From: Octopus bimaculoides | Lineage: Eukaryota | Direction of reading: 5' to 3' | Length of the DNA stretch: 36,494 nt | Assembly (NCBI RefSeq): GCF_001194135.2 | Contig: NC_068983.1 | Coordinates: forward strand, 131,418,612-131,455,105 | Shown: piece by piece, positions 12,827 through 25,675 of the stretch | How the letters are laid out: each line of letters starts with the position of its first letter | How positions within the stretch are numbered: the first letter of the stretch is position 1 | The notes under the pieces: generated by a model | Told to the model about the DNA's origin: nothing | Database searches by the model: none | Seen by the model: the letters and a program-made list of their open reading frames with translations, nothing else | Position numbers and translations under genes: made by a program

Positions 12827-12871
12827 CGTACGCTGACGAAGGGTAAATACCCAGAAACCCGGGTCCGGACG
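12827..12871 (+). ncRNA. minimal type I hammerhead ribozyme motif
   Basis: cgtacg-CTGACGA-a-gggt(aaat)accc-a-GAAA-cccggg-TC-cggacg. Both core boxes are intact, the GUC triplet is present, stem I pairs 5/6, stem II has 4 bp, and stem III is palindromic. The 10.1-11.1 position is an A.A mismatch. Confidence 0.65.
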
Positions 12872-13114
12872 TATCACGTCAGATCGACGATGGGAAGGAT
12901 GATTTCCCTTTGCAAATATGGACAGGGCACAGAAAATGTGTCAATAGCCAGCTGGAGGAGATGTTCCCCTGGAGCTACAAGCTACAGTAGCATTCACCCT
13001 TAGGGGTTAGCCACATTTAAGTGGCAAATATTATTATCTACATTTTACATTAATATTTGCATATGTCTTTTGTTCATGTGTCTATTGTTTCATTCGTCTA
13101 TGACAGGTTTGTAT

Positions 13115-13815
13115 GCAAAACGTGACCAGATTCTCACTTTGAAAACAGCTGCAGTGAGCAACAAGGACATAACAAAACAGTCGAATGTGTGCCGTAAAAC
13201 AGTGTTCGATACTTGGAAACGATATATGGAGTCGAATCAACTGTTATCTCTAGCAAGACAATTCCTGGTAGGAAACGATCAATTCGTACCAAACAAACTG
13301 TTGAAGCTGTGAAGAAGTGAATGAACTAAAATCCCCACAGGAGTGCAAGAAAAACTGCAAAAGCTCTTGATATTTTGAAATCATCAAAGCATAGGATTTT
13401 TTAAAGAGGATTTAAAGCTAATTGCATACAAGAAACAATCCCGACAGTTAGTTTCAACAGCTCGACAGGAGTAAAACCATGTTAGCTAAGATGAAGAGTG
13501 TCACTAACAAAGTGTTGATCTGGTCCGACGAGAAGATCTCTCACTGTGGAGACAGTTACCAACAGGCAGAATGACAGGCTTTATGAACGTAATGCAGGAG
13601 GCTTACTCGAAGGTAGCAGGAGTCATTTACGCAGTCAGAAGTCAGCTTCAGTCATGGTGTGGGCCGTAGTTGCATCTGATGGGTCCAAGTCTCCCTTGAC
13701 CTTCATTGATGTTGACATCAAGGTCAACAGTGAAGTTTATGCGGAAATGTTGGGTGAGAAAGTGTTACCCTGGGTCACAGAGACTTTTTGTGACTGTTAC
13801 ATCTTCACTCGAGAC
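13115..13815 (+). mobile_element. Tc1/mariner-superfamily transposase relic (maT/DD37D-like), with frameshifts and stops
   Basis: HTH-like N-terminus (ITKQSNVCRKTVFDTWKRY; PGRKRSIRT; NPHRSARK). Catalytic segments IWSDEK (13521), NRQNDR, SVMVWA, KVNSEVY, IFTRD (13815). The third catalytic residue is not visible. Confidence 0.82.
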
Positions 13816-14389
13816 TGGCCCAAACATTCAATTTGAGGTGGAGCGAAGAACATTTCAGCGGTTAGAAAATGCTAAAATAATTTTACCATGAAGAACATTT
13901 TAGTACTGGTTTCAGCCTTTGCGACATTTTCAACTTAGAGCAAAGCATGAAGAACAATTAAATTGTGGAAAAATTAAATGAAATGTTTTTTAAAATATTT
14001 CCATAGTTTACAAATAGGTGGACATTTTCCTTTTTTCTGTCTCTCTCTCTTTTTTCTTTTGTGAAAGCTCGGTAGGTAGATAGTAGCAGATCTGAAGAAA
14101 TATTTAATGAGGGATGTTGGTTCTAGATTTTGATTGTTTAAGCAGCAGTAGCTGAGGAAGGAGACAGTGAAGAAGAAGAAGAAGATGGGAGTGGTATGAC
14201 AGTAGTAGACTGTTGGTAGAGTCTTCTTAAATGGTCAAGTGACCTAAAAGTGACCTGTTCTGGTTATAGCAGTAGTGATTGAAATTGTTCTGAATAAATT
14301 CATGGGTAGTGACTGTTCTGAATAAATCGTTTTTAATATTTGCGTGGGTGTTATTCAAAGGCCCTTGTAGTAGTGTTATCTGTAGTGGG

Positions 14390-14700
14390 AGCATTCAAAA
14401 GGGGTTTATATTTTGCGACAAAATATAACTCTTTGCTAATGTGCGGATTATAGGTTGCATTGTTCCTAAAATTAATAGAGAGGAAAAATTCTGAAGTTGG
14501 GTTGTTCGTTAGTGGCGTAAATGTCAATGTGTTCGCTAAATGCTATTTTTGTATTACCAAATTTTAATCTGGGATCTATGTAGAGTCATCCTTTGGCATA
14601 GACTATTTGTTACTTTCTGGTTATCTCACATCATTAAAAAATTGCCATTAAAAACTTGGGTTATCTCCCCACTAAAAAGTTGAGTTTATGTAGTGACAAG
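14390..14700 (-). mobile_element. degraded Penelope-like GIY-YIG endonuclease C-terminal remnant
   Basis: TNSLCQRMTLHRSQIK...FSEHIDIYATNEQPNFRIFPLY resembles PLE endonuclease segments following YIGQT. Many stops and frameshifts. Confidence 0.5.
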
Positions 14701-14763
14701 AGAATGGATTAAAAGAGGTAGATCCTTTTGATTCAATACTACAACACATTGTTGGCTTTTGGC

Positions 14764-14940
14764 CTCGTGTCTGTGTTTGTCCCCTCAACATCGCTTGACA
14801 ACCGATGCTGGTGTGTTTATGTCCCCGTAACTTAGTGGTTTGGCAAAAGAGACTGATAGGATGAGTACTAGTCGATTTGCTAGACTAAAGGCGGTGCTCC
14901 AGCATGGCCACAGTCAAATGACTGAAACAAGTAAAAGAGA
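14764..14940 (+). mobile_element. SINE family B 3' half
   Basis: tgtttgtcccctcaacatcgcttgacaaccgatg...ggcggtgctccagcatggccacagtcaaatgactgaaacaagtaaaagag. Confidence 0.8.
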
Positions 14941-15404
14941 TTCAAAAGATGCTTGATTTTTTCAGTCTTCATGTTTATTAATTTTTTCAGATTTATATGA
15001 TTTGTTATGAAAATATTATCAGATTCAATAAGATGTCTAATCTTTTCACTTTGCATGTTTATTAATCTTTTTAATTTTTTTTTTTTGAGGGTTAAACAAT
15101 TTTTTAGTTGGGGGGAGATAATCCAAATTTTAATGGGGGGAGGGTGAGATAACCAAACAGTACCGACTGTTTTTGAACACACACATAAATATTCTGCCTA
15201 TATGACTGTGCACACCTTTCAATGCGATGTATGCCAAAAGGTTAGCAAATTTAATGGAGGCCTCAAAACACATTTTAAGATCAACAAAGATCAGAACTTA
15301 ACCCTTTGATAATCACCTAATATTGTCTGAGAGTGCAAATAAGTTTGTCCCATCAAGGTGCCTCAATTTAAGTACCTAATTCAACGGCATCTAAATTACA
15401 TTTG

Positions 15405-15435
<31 letters not shown>

Positions 15436-15740
15436 TCAAAATAAGCAACAAGGATATCCAAAGTTAATGCAGTATGCTCGTTTCATGTGACTCCATTTAA
15501 TTAAGCAATGTGAACATTACATCAAATGTAAAATGCAGAGCAATCCTCAGCTGCACAAAGATATAGAAATCTAATGAAATTACATTTCAACAGAAGGACA
15601 TACTTTTATAACAACATTTAAAGTCTCCAAGTAGAAAGGAAGAATACAAAAATGGATTTTGACTTAGCCAGACCATACAGGCTAGTTACATGAAATGATC
15701 GTACTGCATTAACTTTAGATATCCTTGTTGCTTATTTTGA
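15436..15740. mobile_element. MITE/foldback element with long TIRs, about 305 bp
   Basis: 44-nt arms at 15436-15479 and 15697-15740 match 41/44 as inverted repeats. No clear TSD, superfamily unassigned. Confidence 0.75.
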
Positions 15741-15967
15741 TTTTAATCACCTTATTTTGAAACTGTATGGATAATACCATACTTATTTCTGGTGCCTAAA
15801 CTTAAGTACCATATTCACCTGAATCTAAATTTTATATATACATATAGATAGATAGATAGATACATAATCACATACATACATGTATACATACATACATGCA
15901 TACATTCATGCATATATACATATTTCTACTCAATAATATAAATTTCATCGCACAGCTTTTTTAACAT

Positions 15968-15973
15968 TTTATT
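15968..15973 (-). promoter_or_regulatory. candidate polyadenylation signal of KATNAL2
   Basis: AATAAA on the minus strand about 75 nt after the stop codon. AT-rich context, so a chance match is possible. Confidence 0.4.
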
Positions 15974-16048
15974 GATAGAAAAGAAAAGTGTATAAAATAG
16001 AAACAAATAAATATATGAATAATAGATTAAAATCTAATAAATAAGATT

Positions 16049-16182
16049 TTATACAGATTCAAACTCCTTTTGCCAGGCAGCATATTGGTCCACCAGTCCC
16101 CTAGCAGAAGGTTTGGTTCGTTCCAATGCCATCTCGACATCATAGGTTGTCAGTGTGTCTAGTTGTATATTCAATTCCTTAT
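16049..16182 (-). CDS. KATNAL2: KATNAL2 last coding exon: (D)KELNIQLDTLTTYDVEMALERTKPSARGLVDQYAAWQKEFESV*
   Basis: 134 nt, phase 1, ttgtag acceptor, TAA stop at 16051-16049. Vps4_C-like tail ending EFESV, as recalled for vertebrate KATNAL2. Confidence 0.95.
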
Positions 16183-16246
16183 CTACAAAATACACAAACA
16201 AACAATGATGATGATGATTGATGAAATAATAATAATAATAATAATA

Positions 16247-16460
16247 ATCCTTTCTACTAAAGGCATACAGCCTTAAATTTGAAGGGGAGGAGCTAATTGA
16301 TTACATCGAACCCAGTGTTTTACTGGTACTTAATTTATCGACCCTGAAAGGATGAAAGGCAAATTCAATCTCGGTGGAATTTGAACTCAGAACATAAAGA
16401 CGGATGAAATGCCACTAAGCATTTTGCCTGGCATGCTAATGATTCTACCAGCTTGGCTTG
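16247..16460 (-). mobile_element. SINE family A copy in the last KATNAL2 intron
   Basis: Head, core and tail recognisable, (TAA)n flanks. Confidence 0.85.
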
Positions 16461-16494
<34 letters not shown>

Positions 16495-17663
16495 ACAGAT
16501 TTCCTTGTCAGTTGCTTGACCTTAACCAGTTGAGCGTGTCCCTTAGTGGCTGATGATATGTGCATCTGTGAACATGAGCAGAAGTAGTTGTGGAGCATTA
16601 TAGCCATGTGCTGAGAGGAATTTTTTGGGGTTTGAATAATTCATCTCTGGAAACATGGCTGTTTTCTTCATTATCCTTACACAAACCTTATTCAGGGACC
16701 CTTTGAGCAGGAAGGGCTGCTCAACCAGCAAAAAATTCTAACTAGGCCCAACCTGCAAGGTCATGCACTGTCTATCTTGATATAAGGTCACCATGATTTG
16801 CACATGTGGTTGTGATGCATGTGCTTGATGTACCCTTATTAGTCAGGTATTCATGATGGGAAAATTGGGCTTCATATATTTGTACCCCAATGTCACTTTA
16901 ATAGCAAGTGCTGCTCTCTCACTCAATAATAATAATAATAATGAGTATATTGGGCTTTGTATATTTGTACCCCTGTGTCACTTTGATGACATGCATTGTT
17001 CTCTCAGAATTTGGTGGGATGGAGTTAATTGATTAAATTAACCCCCAGTGCTCAACTAGTACTTATGTTATTGGCTTTGAAAGGATAAAAGGCAAATTTA
17101 GCCTTGAAAAATGTGCCAAAGCAATGCTGAAAAGAGGAAAACTAATTAAGAGTAGCAACATTACGCTAGATAAAGCAAATGAAATAAGAGAATTACCATT
17201 CTCGCCACATACATCCGCCTTTCAACAAAATTGCTGGTGGGCAGCACTTCGCTCTTTACCCTCACTTTCCTTTTCAAGTGAAACTTGAAAAAGCTGATGA
17301 ATGCTTGACCAAAGAGGAAATTATAATGATAAACAGAAAAAACAGGGTAAGCAGGGATGGAGTGCTTCTGATCATACTGCTGACCATGGGCTACCCAACA
17401 TTAACAACAACAACACTGGTAATACACACATTCAATCAGCTAGAATTAGAAGCTAAATCACATCTTAAATTACATCCAACTATCTTCAGAAAAGGAAGAG
17501 CAGACATAAATATGCAAAAAAAAAGTAAGGTGGTTACTGCTTAAATGTCTTTAACCACGAGTCTGTTTAAGTCAGGTGTGACTGGGACTACACAACAACA
17601 ACAACACCAACAACAGCAGCAGGAATGCTGAATATTAGAATATTATAAACAATAAGTGCTGAC

Positions 17664-17766
17664 CTGCTGTATTATTCTCTAGGATGTCAAATATTTTCCT
17701 CATTGGTCTCATGGCAGCTTCTTTACAGACAAGTTTGATATCAGATCCAGAATAGCCTTCAGTTTT
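17664..17766 (-). CDS. KATNAL2: KATNAL2 exon: [34 protein letters not shown](D)
   Basis: 103 nt, phase 0/1, ttctcag acceptor, GT donor. [15 protein letters not shown] is the AAA small-domain motif. Confidence 0.96.
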
Positions 17767-18341
17767 CTGAGAAAATAATGATAGATTTTGTATATAGATT
17801 TTAAAAATGTAAATATAACTCAGACTGAGTTCTTGATATAATTTAAATGGAAGGTTCTCTTCTTGTCATCAAAACAAGAGCAATTCTTTGGATGAAAATT
17901 AACTTAATCAACTTGAGAAATTAACTCTCAATTTCTTAAAACAACCTCCCCATTTCTTGAGAGTCTTTAAGAATTATTGAAAGTGAAATTTTGGTTAAGT
18001 TAAAATTTATTGCAAACAACATCCTATACACAATTTCTCAATCAATCAATACATAGATGCAAATACACACATAAATGCATACTACACACACACACATACA
18101 CACACTTGGTTGAGTCAAAAGTTTTTTCAGATTTCCATGATTTTTGGCAATTTATATCTCCATGGTATATCATTAATTTGGTACAACTTGTTCAATTGTT
18201 GGTGAATTGTTTATTCGTTATTTTCATTTATAGCACCATCATCGTCATCAACATCATCTAATGTCTGTTTTTCATGCTGGTATTGGTTGGACACACACAC
18301 ACACATGTACATATTGTCACACACAAACATATGCATACATG

Positions 18342-18560
18342 AAGGCGGTGAGCTGGCAGAAACATTAGCACACTGGGCGAAATGCTTAGTGGTATTTCGT
18401 CTGCCTCTACACTCTGAGTTCAAATTTCGCCGAGGTCAACTTTGCCATGTATCCTTTTGGGGTTGATTAAATAAGTACCAGTTATGCACTGGGGTTGATA
18501 TAATCGACTTCATCCGTTTGTCTGTCCTTGTTTGTCTCATTGTGAGCAGTAAAGAAATAA
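18342..18560 (+). mobile_element. SINE family A copy with the alternative tail
   Basis: ggcggtgagctggcagaaacattagc head, B-box gagttcaaat, core, and tail tccgtttgtctgtccttgtttgtc...gtaaagaaata. Confidence 0.85.
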
Positions 18561-18654
18561 CAAACATATGCATACATATATATGTATGTACAGAATAGAA
18601 CAATTTACAAGTAATGAGAATATAGAACTCAAGAAAGAACTCAATCATTCATAC

Positions 18655-18823
18655 CTGTGCCAATAAATCGTAGTCCAGATCAGTGCAAAGTTTAGGTCCT
18701 CCTTCATCTGAAGTAACAACGTTTGGGAGAAACAGGTTAAACATGGCCTGACGTGCTTCTTTCTTTGGTAAACCAACAAGGATACGTTTCTCTAGACGCC
18801 GTAACATGGCATTGTCCAACTCC
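18655..18823 (-). CDS. KATNAL2: KATNAL2 exon: (W)[56 protein letters not shown]
   Basis: 169 nt, phase 2/0, ttttag acceptor, GTATGA donor. Contains the second region of homology with arginine fingers (LRRLEKRI). Confidence 0.96.
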
Positions 18824-19580
18824 CTAAAATGAAAGGTGATGTTATAAGGATTTCAAGGTCCCGGTTAGAATGAAGTAGTTTATGGTATGCAAGTATTCAG
18901 TGAAATTACTAGGTTTGCTCCACAGATCTGTTGCTCTGTCAAATACATATTGTCTTGATGATGCTTGATACCAAGATCTACACATTCAATAAATGTTGTG
19001 TCAACTTGATTATTGATAAAAGTGACAAACAGAAGAAGCAATAAATCTTGGTGCACAGAATACAAAGTTTCAAAAATTGAGAGAACAAACACTCTTTTGA
19101 ATTTTTCAGACATAACTGGCTGATACACTGGGTTCTACTTTGAGCCCATACATCTAATGGGGACAGTTCCTCAACATCATCATCATTTAGAGTTCATTTT
19201 TCATGTTAGCATGACTGGAGCTGGTAAGCTGGAGAGCTGCACCAGGCTCCAGTCTGTTTTGACTTGGTTTCTAAGGTTGGATGCCCTTCCTTACACCAAA
19301 CTGTATATGATTACAGGTAATAAAACAAAAAGGTGCGAAGTTTCTACCTGGATTGATCATCAAACTAGCTTGAACAAAGGAGGTGTAGAATAGGGATTTT
19401 TTAATGACAGAAGATTGTTTCAGAGGCTGATGCTACTGCAGCAGCATTCGTGTGGCTGGTGTAAGACGGATGTGTCATGAAAATGAGCCTACAGTACTGC
19501 AGAGTATAAGAGTTGACCAAATGTTGAGCTAAGTCCACCCTCACACTCTTTTATAACATTATAATAACTTCTATTAATGT

Positions 19581-19806
19581 AATACTTTAGTATACAGATT
19601 ACTCAGTCAAATGTAATGCTTATTTATTCACATTCTTTTGAATTAATCATGCATTATCTCACAGCTTTCAGGTTTTGATGATATGAATGTTTATTTTTAA
19701 AATAACATTGTAGAGTTGGTGTGAGAGGTCGGATCGGACCGATTGGAACATAAAACAGATAGGAGGTTTTGGCCATATATGACTGCTTTAAATGCTAACT
19801 GGTTAA
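19581..19806. mobile_element. older diverged copy of piggyBac-type MITE family 2
   Basis: Shares cagattac..tcaaatgtaat..ttattcacatt..aattaatc with 35458-35670 and ends tttaaatgctaactggttaa. Confidence 0.6.
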
Positions 19807-20206
19807 ATATTGTTGACTGTTTACCTCTTCTCCTAAAACTACTTGATACTCATCTCTTCTCCTATTGTCACCCCTATTGTCTTCCAAACTACAATTATAT
19901 TATTTGGAAACTGTCTTAATTTTGTTTTACCTTCAACTAACTTCACTGAGACTTCCTTATTGCACAATGCTCAAGGGATTCAAAATATGATAGGGATGCT
20001 GTATCACCACTTTGGACTAAGTAGTTTCTATACAGTCAAAATCTGCAAGACATAGCAACCAAGTCTTCCTTAAATCACACTCTATCACTGACCTGACTAT
20101 CATGGCAACTGGTAACACAGATTATTCTATTACAACTATTCTGCCCCAGTATTTTGTCAAAGGGTCGCATTCTCTCTACCTGTCACCAGTCAAAGAGACC
20201 CTAAAA

Positions 20207-20463
20207 CAGTGGTCTTCAACCAGGGTCAATATGACCCTTGGGTGGCCATATAAGATTTCTTTATTAAAATTTATCTGCAGCAAAATTGGTTTTACTTTTA
20301 CAACACACAAAATATTTTAACAATTTCTTTTATACATTTCCTAATAATATTTAATTATAAAAATATTATAGAATTTTTTTAAACATCAAAGGGATAGGTG
20401 GGTCTGTCTGAGTAAAACAGAAATCAAAGGGGTCCATAAGTAAAAATTGGTTGAGAAACACTG
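20207..20463. mobile_element. hAT-type MITE, 257 bp
   Basis: TIRs cagtggtcttcaacc / ggttgagaaacactg match 12/15. Perfect 8-bp TSD ccctaaaa at 20199-20206 and 20464-20471. Confidence 0.9.
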
Positions 20464-20833
20464 CCCTAAAAAGTATCATGGTTGCTGCTCACCCCACTCT
20501 GAGTAAAGAGTGAAAACATTATTGGTTTCAGTGGAAGTATATCTAGTGTGGTTACATGAAATAGATGCAACAACTGCATATAAAATCTAGGTTCAAACTC
20601 ATCTAACTACAAGTTTGATACCATCTCCTGAGGGGTTGCTTTCTGTTTTTTAACATAAACTATATATTAGGTAGTCAGATAAATTCCTTAGTTTTTTTCT
20701 TTCATATATCCTAATTTTTACCAATGTTATTTGAATAAACATGAAAAATATTATTGTTGCATTTCATAGTTTTTGTAGTTCTATTCTTCCTCAAAAATTT
20801 TGTTAATTGTTTTGAAATTTTGTATAAATTTTA

Positions 20834-21109
<276 letters not shown>

Positions 21110-22069
21110 TTAATGGTATCACAGCTTCATTAAGCTTTTTTTTTTTTAATCACATAATTTCTCAGTGTGTACTTATTGCTTGATATTATACTTAATTATA
21201 TTCCTCTGATAAATTATTTCATGGTATCTTTCTCAATCATTCTCTTTTTCAATGTCTCTAACATTCTCTCACATTAACACATATTCTAGCTATCTTTATG
21301 GGTGTATATATGCATGTGTGTGTGTAATTGGATGGGTGCATGCGTGTGTGTGTGTGTGCATGTGTGTGTGCTTGTGTGTGCTGCTATGGTCATGTGATAC
21401 ATAGGAAGTATGATAGCTGAGAGAAGTGTCAAGTAGAGCAAGTGAAAGGAGTCAATGTAAGGAGTCTCCAGAAAACATAGGACAAACTGGTTAAAACTGA
21501 TCACAAGAAACCAATATTTGTGAAGGAGACGACAATGGAATAAATGAAGAGTAAAGGCACTGCTCTAGAGCAGACATGTGCAATGCATATCACTATGAAA
21601 AAATGAATTGTTAACGATGATGATGTTGAAGATGTATGTTAAGAAATGTGTCAATATGTTGAAGTTTGTGCTAGCTAAACAACAAACAATTACACTCATT
21701 ATAAATTGTTATATTTGTGACTGACACACAGATTACTATTCAGGGAGTCCACAAAATTCATGAAGAAAACTTCATGAGCAAACAATTATAAATTTATTTT
21801 TAATTACATTATGAAATAACATAGTAAACCTCATTTTTCATCCACAGGTGAGTGAAAGCTTTGGCATGCTCCTGCCAGTTTATCTCTGCTGTTTCTAGGC
21901 TCATATGCCCATGCTGGTCAATTGTATGTAAGGTATTGCTCACCTATGGTCACTGATTATCTCTGGTCAATGGCACCAACATTGTAACTTCAACTCAACA
22001 ATACATAATAAGCCTTATAATGCTGAATAAACCCTCTAATTCTGAAGTACTGAATAATGCAGAACTTAC

Positions 22070-22167
22070 ACTCCTTGACCATTTGATCCACGCTGACTCA
22101 TGAGCGAGTCCAGTTCATCAAGAAAGATTGTTGAGGGGGCATGGAATCGTGCCAGTTCAAATAAAAC
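22070..22167 (-). CDS. KATNAL2: KATNAL2 exon: [32 protein letters not shown](V)
   Basis: 98 nt, phase 0/2, GTAAGT donor. Contains Walker B (IFLDE). Confidence 0.96.
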
Positions 22168-22965
22168 CTTTAATGGAAAGAAAATGAAACAAGTAAAATT
22201 AGAAGAAATACACAATATAAATAAGATAGATAAGGGTTTCTATCAACAATAATTATTATACTCACCATTTTCATCAGTTGTTTAGTTATGATCTTCACTG
22301 CCATATTTATTGGCTGAATGAAATCATCAAAAGAATCACCACAGATGGTTGAGTGAGTAGGGTAGTGGATTTGCAACCATGTGGTTGACAATTCATGTCA
22401 GTTCAAGCAATAACATGCTTGGTGGTGGTGATGGTGGTGGTGGTGGTGGTGGCAGAGGCAGTTGTGGCTATGGCAGTGGCGGCACTGTTGTGGTTCTTGT
22501 TGCTTAGCCCCAGGTCAACTCTAATTTAAGATACCTACGATCAAAGGTAGTTCAGCTACCTACTGTAAGCTAAGACATTTTATTCACCAGAACCAAGTTC
22601 TGCTGGGACTAAGTTGTTGCCATTGTTGTTGTTGTTGTTTTGCCCAGGTTAACTCCAATCAAAACATTCAGGCCATCACAGTCTCACTGTTTTAGGGGAA
22701 TTAAGGATTACATTAAATAATATTTCCTTTATTCTTTTTAAGAAGTTAGGTATAATGTGATTGGCGGGGAATTTGTTTGCTATTTGTAGTAGATCAAATG
22801 GCTATATACAACTTCTATCATTAAAATATTCACATGTGTAAACAATAATATTCTTGCAAGGTCCTACTTTTAAGTAAATACCCCAAGAATATAAGTTAAT
22901 GGCGTAAGCAGTGGCAGCACTGTGACTACAATCATCATTGTCAGCATCATCATAATCACCACCGC

Positions 22966-23300
22966 CGCCGCTGCTGCCTTTCATCCTTTTGGAATCGATA
23001 AAATAAGTACCTGTTGAACAGTGGGGGTCAATGTAACTGACTAGCCCCTTCTCCCAAAGTTTCAGGCCTTGTGCCTTTGGTAGAAAAGATTATTATTATC
23101 ATTATTATTATTATTATTATGATGATTATTATTATTAAGGTAGTGAGCTATCAGAGTCGTCAACATGGAACAAAATGCTTAGCAGCATTTCATTTGGCTT
23201 TGTGTCATGAGTTCAAATTCTACAGAGGTCAACACTACCTTTCACCCTTTCAAGGTCGACAAAATAAGTACCAATTGTGTACTATATAAGGGTCATAACA
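22966..23300 (+). mobile_element. two diverged SINE family A copies separated by (TTA)n
   Basis: Core plus tail at 22966-23095; head plus core at 23136-23300. Confidence 0.7.
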
Positions 23301-23313
23301 CTAGGTGGACTCA

Positions 23314-23837
<524 letters not shown>

Positions 23838-23894
23838 GCAGCAACAACAACACTAACAGCATAGCAATGACAATAACAACAACAACAACAATAA

Positions 23895-24050
23895 CAAGGC
23901 CAGTAATTTCAGGCAGGACGTAAGCCGATTACATCAACTTATTTTATTGTCCTCAAAAGGAGGAAAGGGAGATAAAATCAAGTTTGGCAGAATTTGAACT
24001 CAGAACGTAAAGATGGGGCAAAATGCTGTTAAACATTTTGCCCACCATGC
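23895..24050 (-). mobile_element. diverged SINE family A copy
   Basis: Reverse complement shows caaaatgtttaacagcattt...ttctgagttcaaattctgcc. Confidence 0.6.
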
Positions 24051-24496
24051 TCAGCAACAACAATAGCAACAACGATAACAACAGCTTTAGTACATTTGGT
24101 CTAAACCACAACACATCTATAATTTTCCCACTTCCAAAGACCGAGATGTGTCCAAACCATGAGTTTTTGTTTGTTCCCGGCATCATAGACCATAAACTCG
24201 AATTCAAGTATTTCCATTACTTTCTGTCATCAAAAAGCAATCCCAGTTTCCACAGAACCTACAGTTTTGCTTAATAAATATGGAATCATTATTTGATAAG
24301 TGGGAGACTACATGTTGCGGTGGTGGATTCTCTGCTGAATTTTAGGAAGATAGATCTTACCTATATCAATTCTCCATTCAACCTTCCTAGGCTGTTGTTA
24401 TTATTTTAGCCCTAGGCCAACATGGATGTAGTGGACATATGATCACAAATATTCCAGCCATGACTGTCACACAATTATATAAAGACACAGTATATT

Positions 24497-24710
24497 CTTT
24501 TACTCTTTTATACTCTTTTACTTGTTTCAGTCATTTGACTGTGGCCATGCTGGAGCTCCGCCTTTAGTCGAGCAAATCGACCCCAGGACATATTCTTTCT
24601 AAGCCTAGTACTTATTCTATTGGTCTCTTTTGCCGAACCGCTAAGTTACGAGGACGTAAACATACCACCATCGGTTGTCAAGCGATGTTGGGGGGACAAA
24701 CACAGACGCA

Positions 24711-24771
<61 letters not shown>

Positions 24772-24930
24772 GACAAGCTTCTTTCAGTTTCCGTCTACCA
24801 AATGCACTCACAAGGCTTTGGTCGGCCCGAGGCTATAGCAGAAGACACTTGCCCAAAGTGCCACACAGTGGGACTGAACCCGGAACCATGTGGTTGGTAA
24901 GCAAGCTACTTCCCACACAGCCACTCCTGC
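24497..24930 (-). mobile_element. complete bipartite SINE family B copy with an internal (TA)n(TG)n tract
   Basis: Minus strand: tRNA-like head gcaggagtggctgtgtgg...ggttccgggttcagtccc, central ttgggcaagtgtctt, microsatellite, then a 3' part ending gactgaaacaagtaaaagag repeats. Confidence 0.85.
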
Positions 24931-25611
24931 TAATGTATACAAAGATACATTATCAGCCTCCAGTTTCCTGCCATAAAGCAAAAAATGTGAAATAAAGTAA
25001 CACTTAGTCTGAATGATAGTCACAGGTAACATTTCCAAATGATGACATACCTGTTCAAAGGACTGCAATGGGAGATTCTTTTTTCCTTGTGTCAAATGAA
25101 TGTATTAAATTTTTTTGCTGTTGACACAGATTATCACAGCTATGCGGTTGTTCAGTCAGCGAGAAATAGCAATCACATTTCTTTCAAATAACACTCTACA
25201 GTTGGAAATTAGAATCTCTTAGATAATGTAGTCTTAGATAAATTATGTTTGAACACATGACTGGATAGTCATGACTGGAGTGTCACTGCTCATAAATTTG
25301 CTTGGTTGGGATTGACCTAAAGCTAAACAATAATAATGCAAGAGAAATTCAGCAAACAAAAAGAATCTCTTTGCAGTCACTTGATATGCTTGAAATAGTA
25401 ACCGGATCACACTCAAATTACACTCAACACCCTTCAATAAGGAATGAGATACTGGATAATGTTATTCTACATATAACATGTCGAGAAACTAAAGACAAAA
25501 ATAGCACTGAGCACTGGTCTAATGAAACAGGGCTGACCTGGGGTTAAATAGCAACAACAAATTAATAGCAACTGTAAGTTTTATCAGTAATGGGAAGTGA
25601 AATTATTTTAC

Positions 25612-25675
25612 CTGGAGGTCCATACAGTAGTAACCCTTTCCAAGGAGACAAGATTCCTTTAAATAGTGATGGATA
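25612..25675 (-). CDS. KATNAL2: KATNAL2 exon: [21 protein letters not shown](G)
   Basis: 64 nt, tttcag acceptor, GT donor, phase 0/1. Encodes the first half of the Walker A motif. Confidence 0.96.

Noticed and set aside
17285-17335. CTGATGA...GAAA-ttataa-tg hammerhead-like spacing
   Set aside because: No NUH triplet (G at position 17), no stem I and no stem II.
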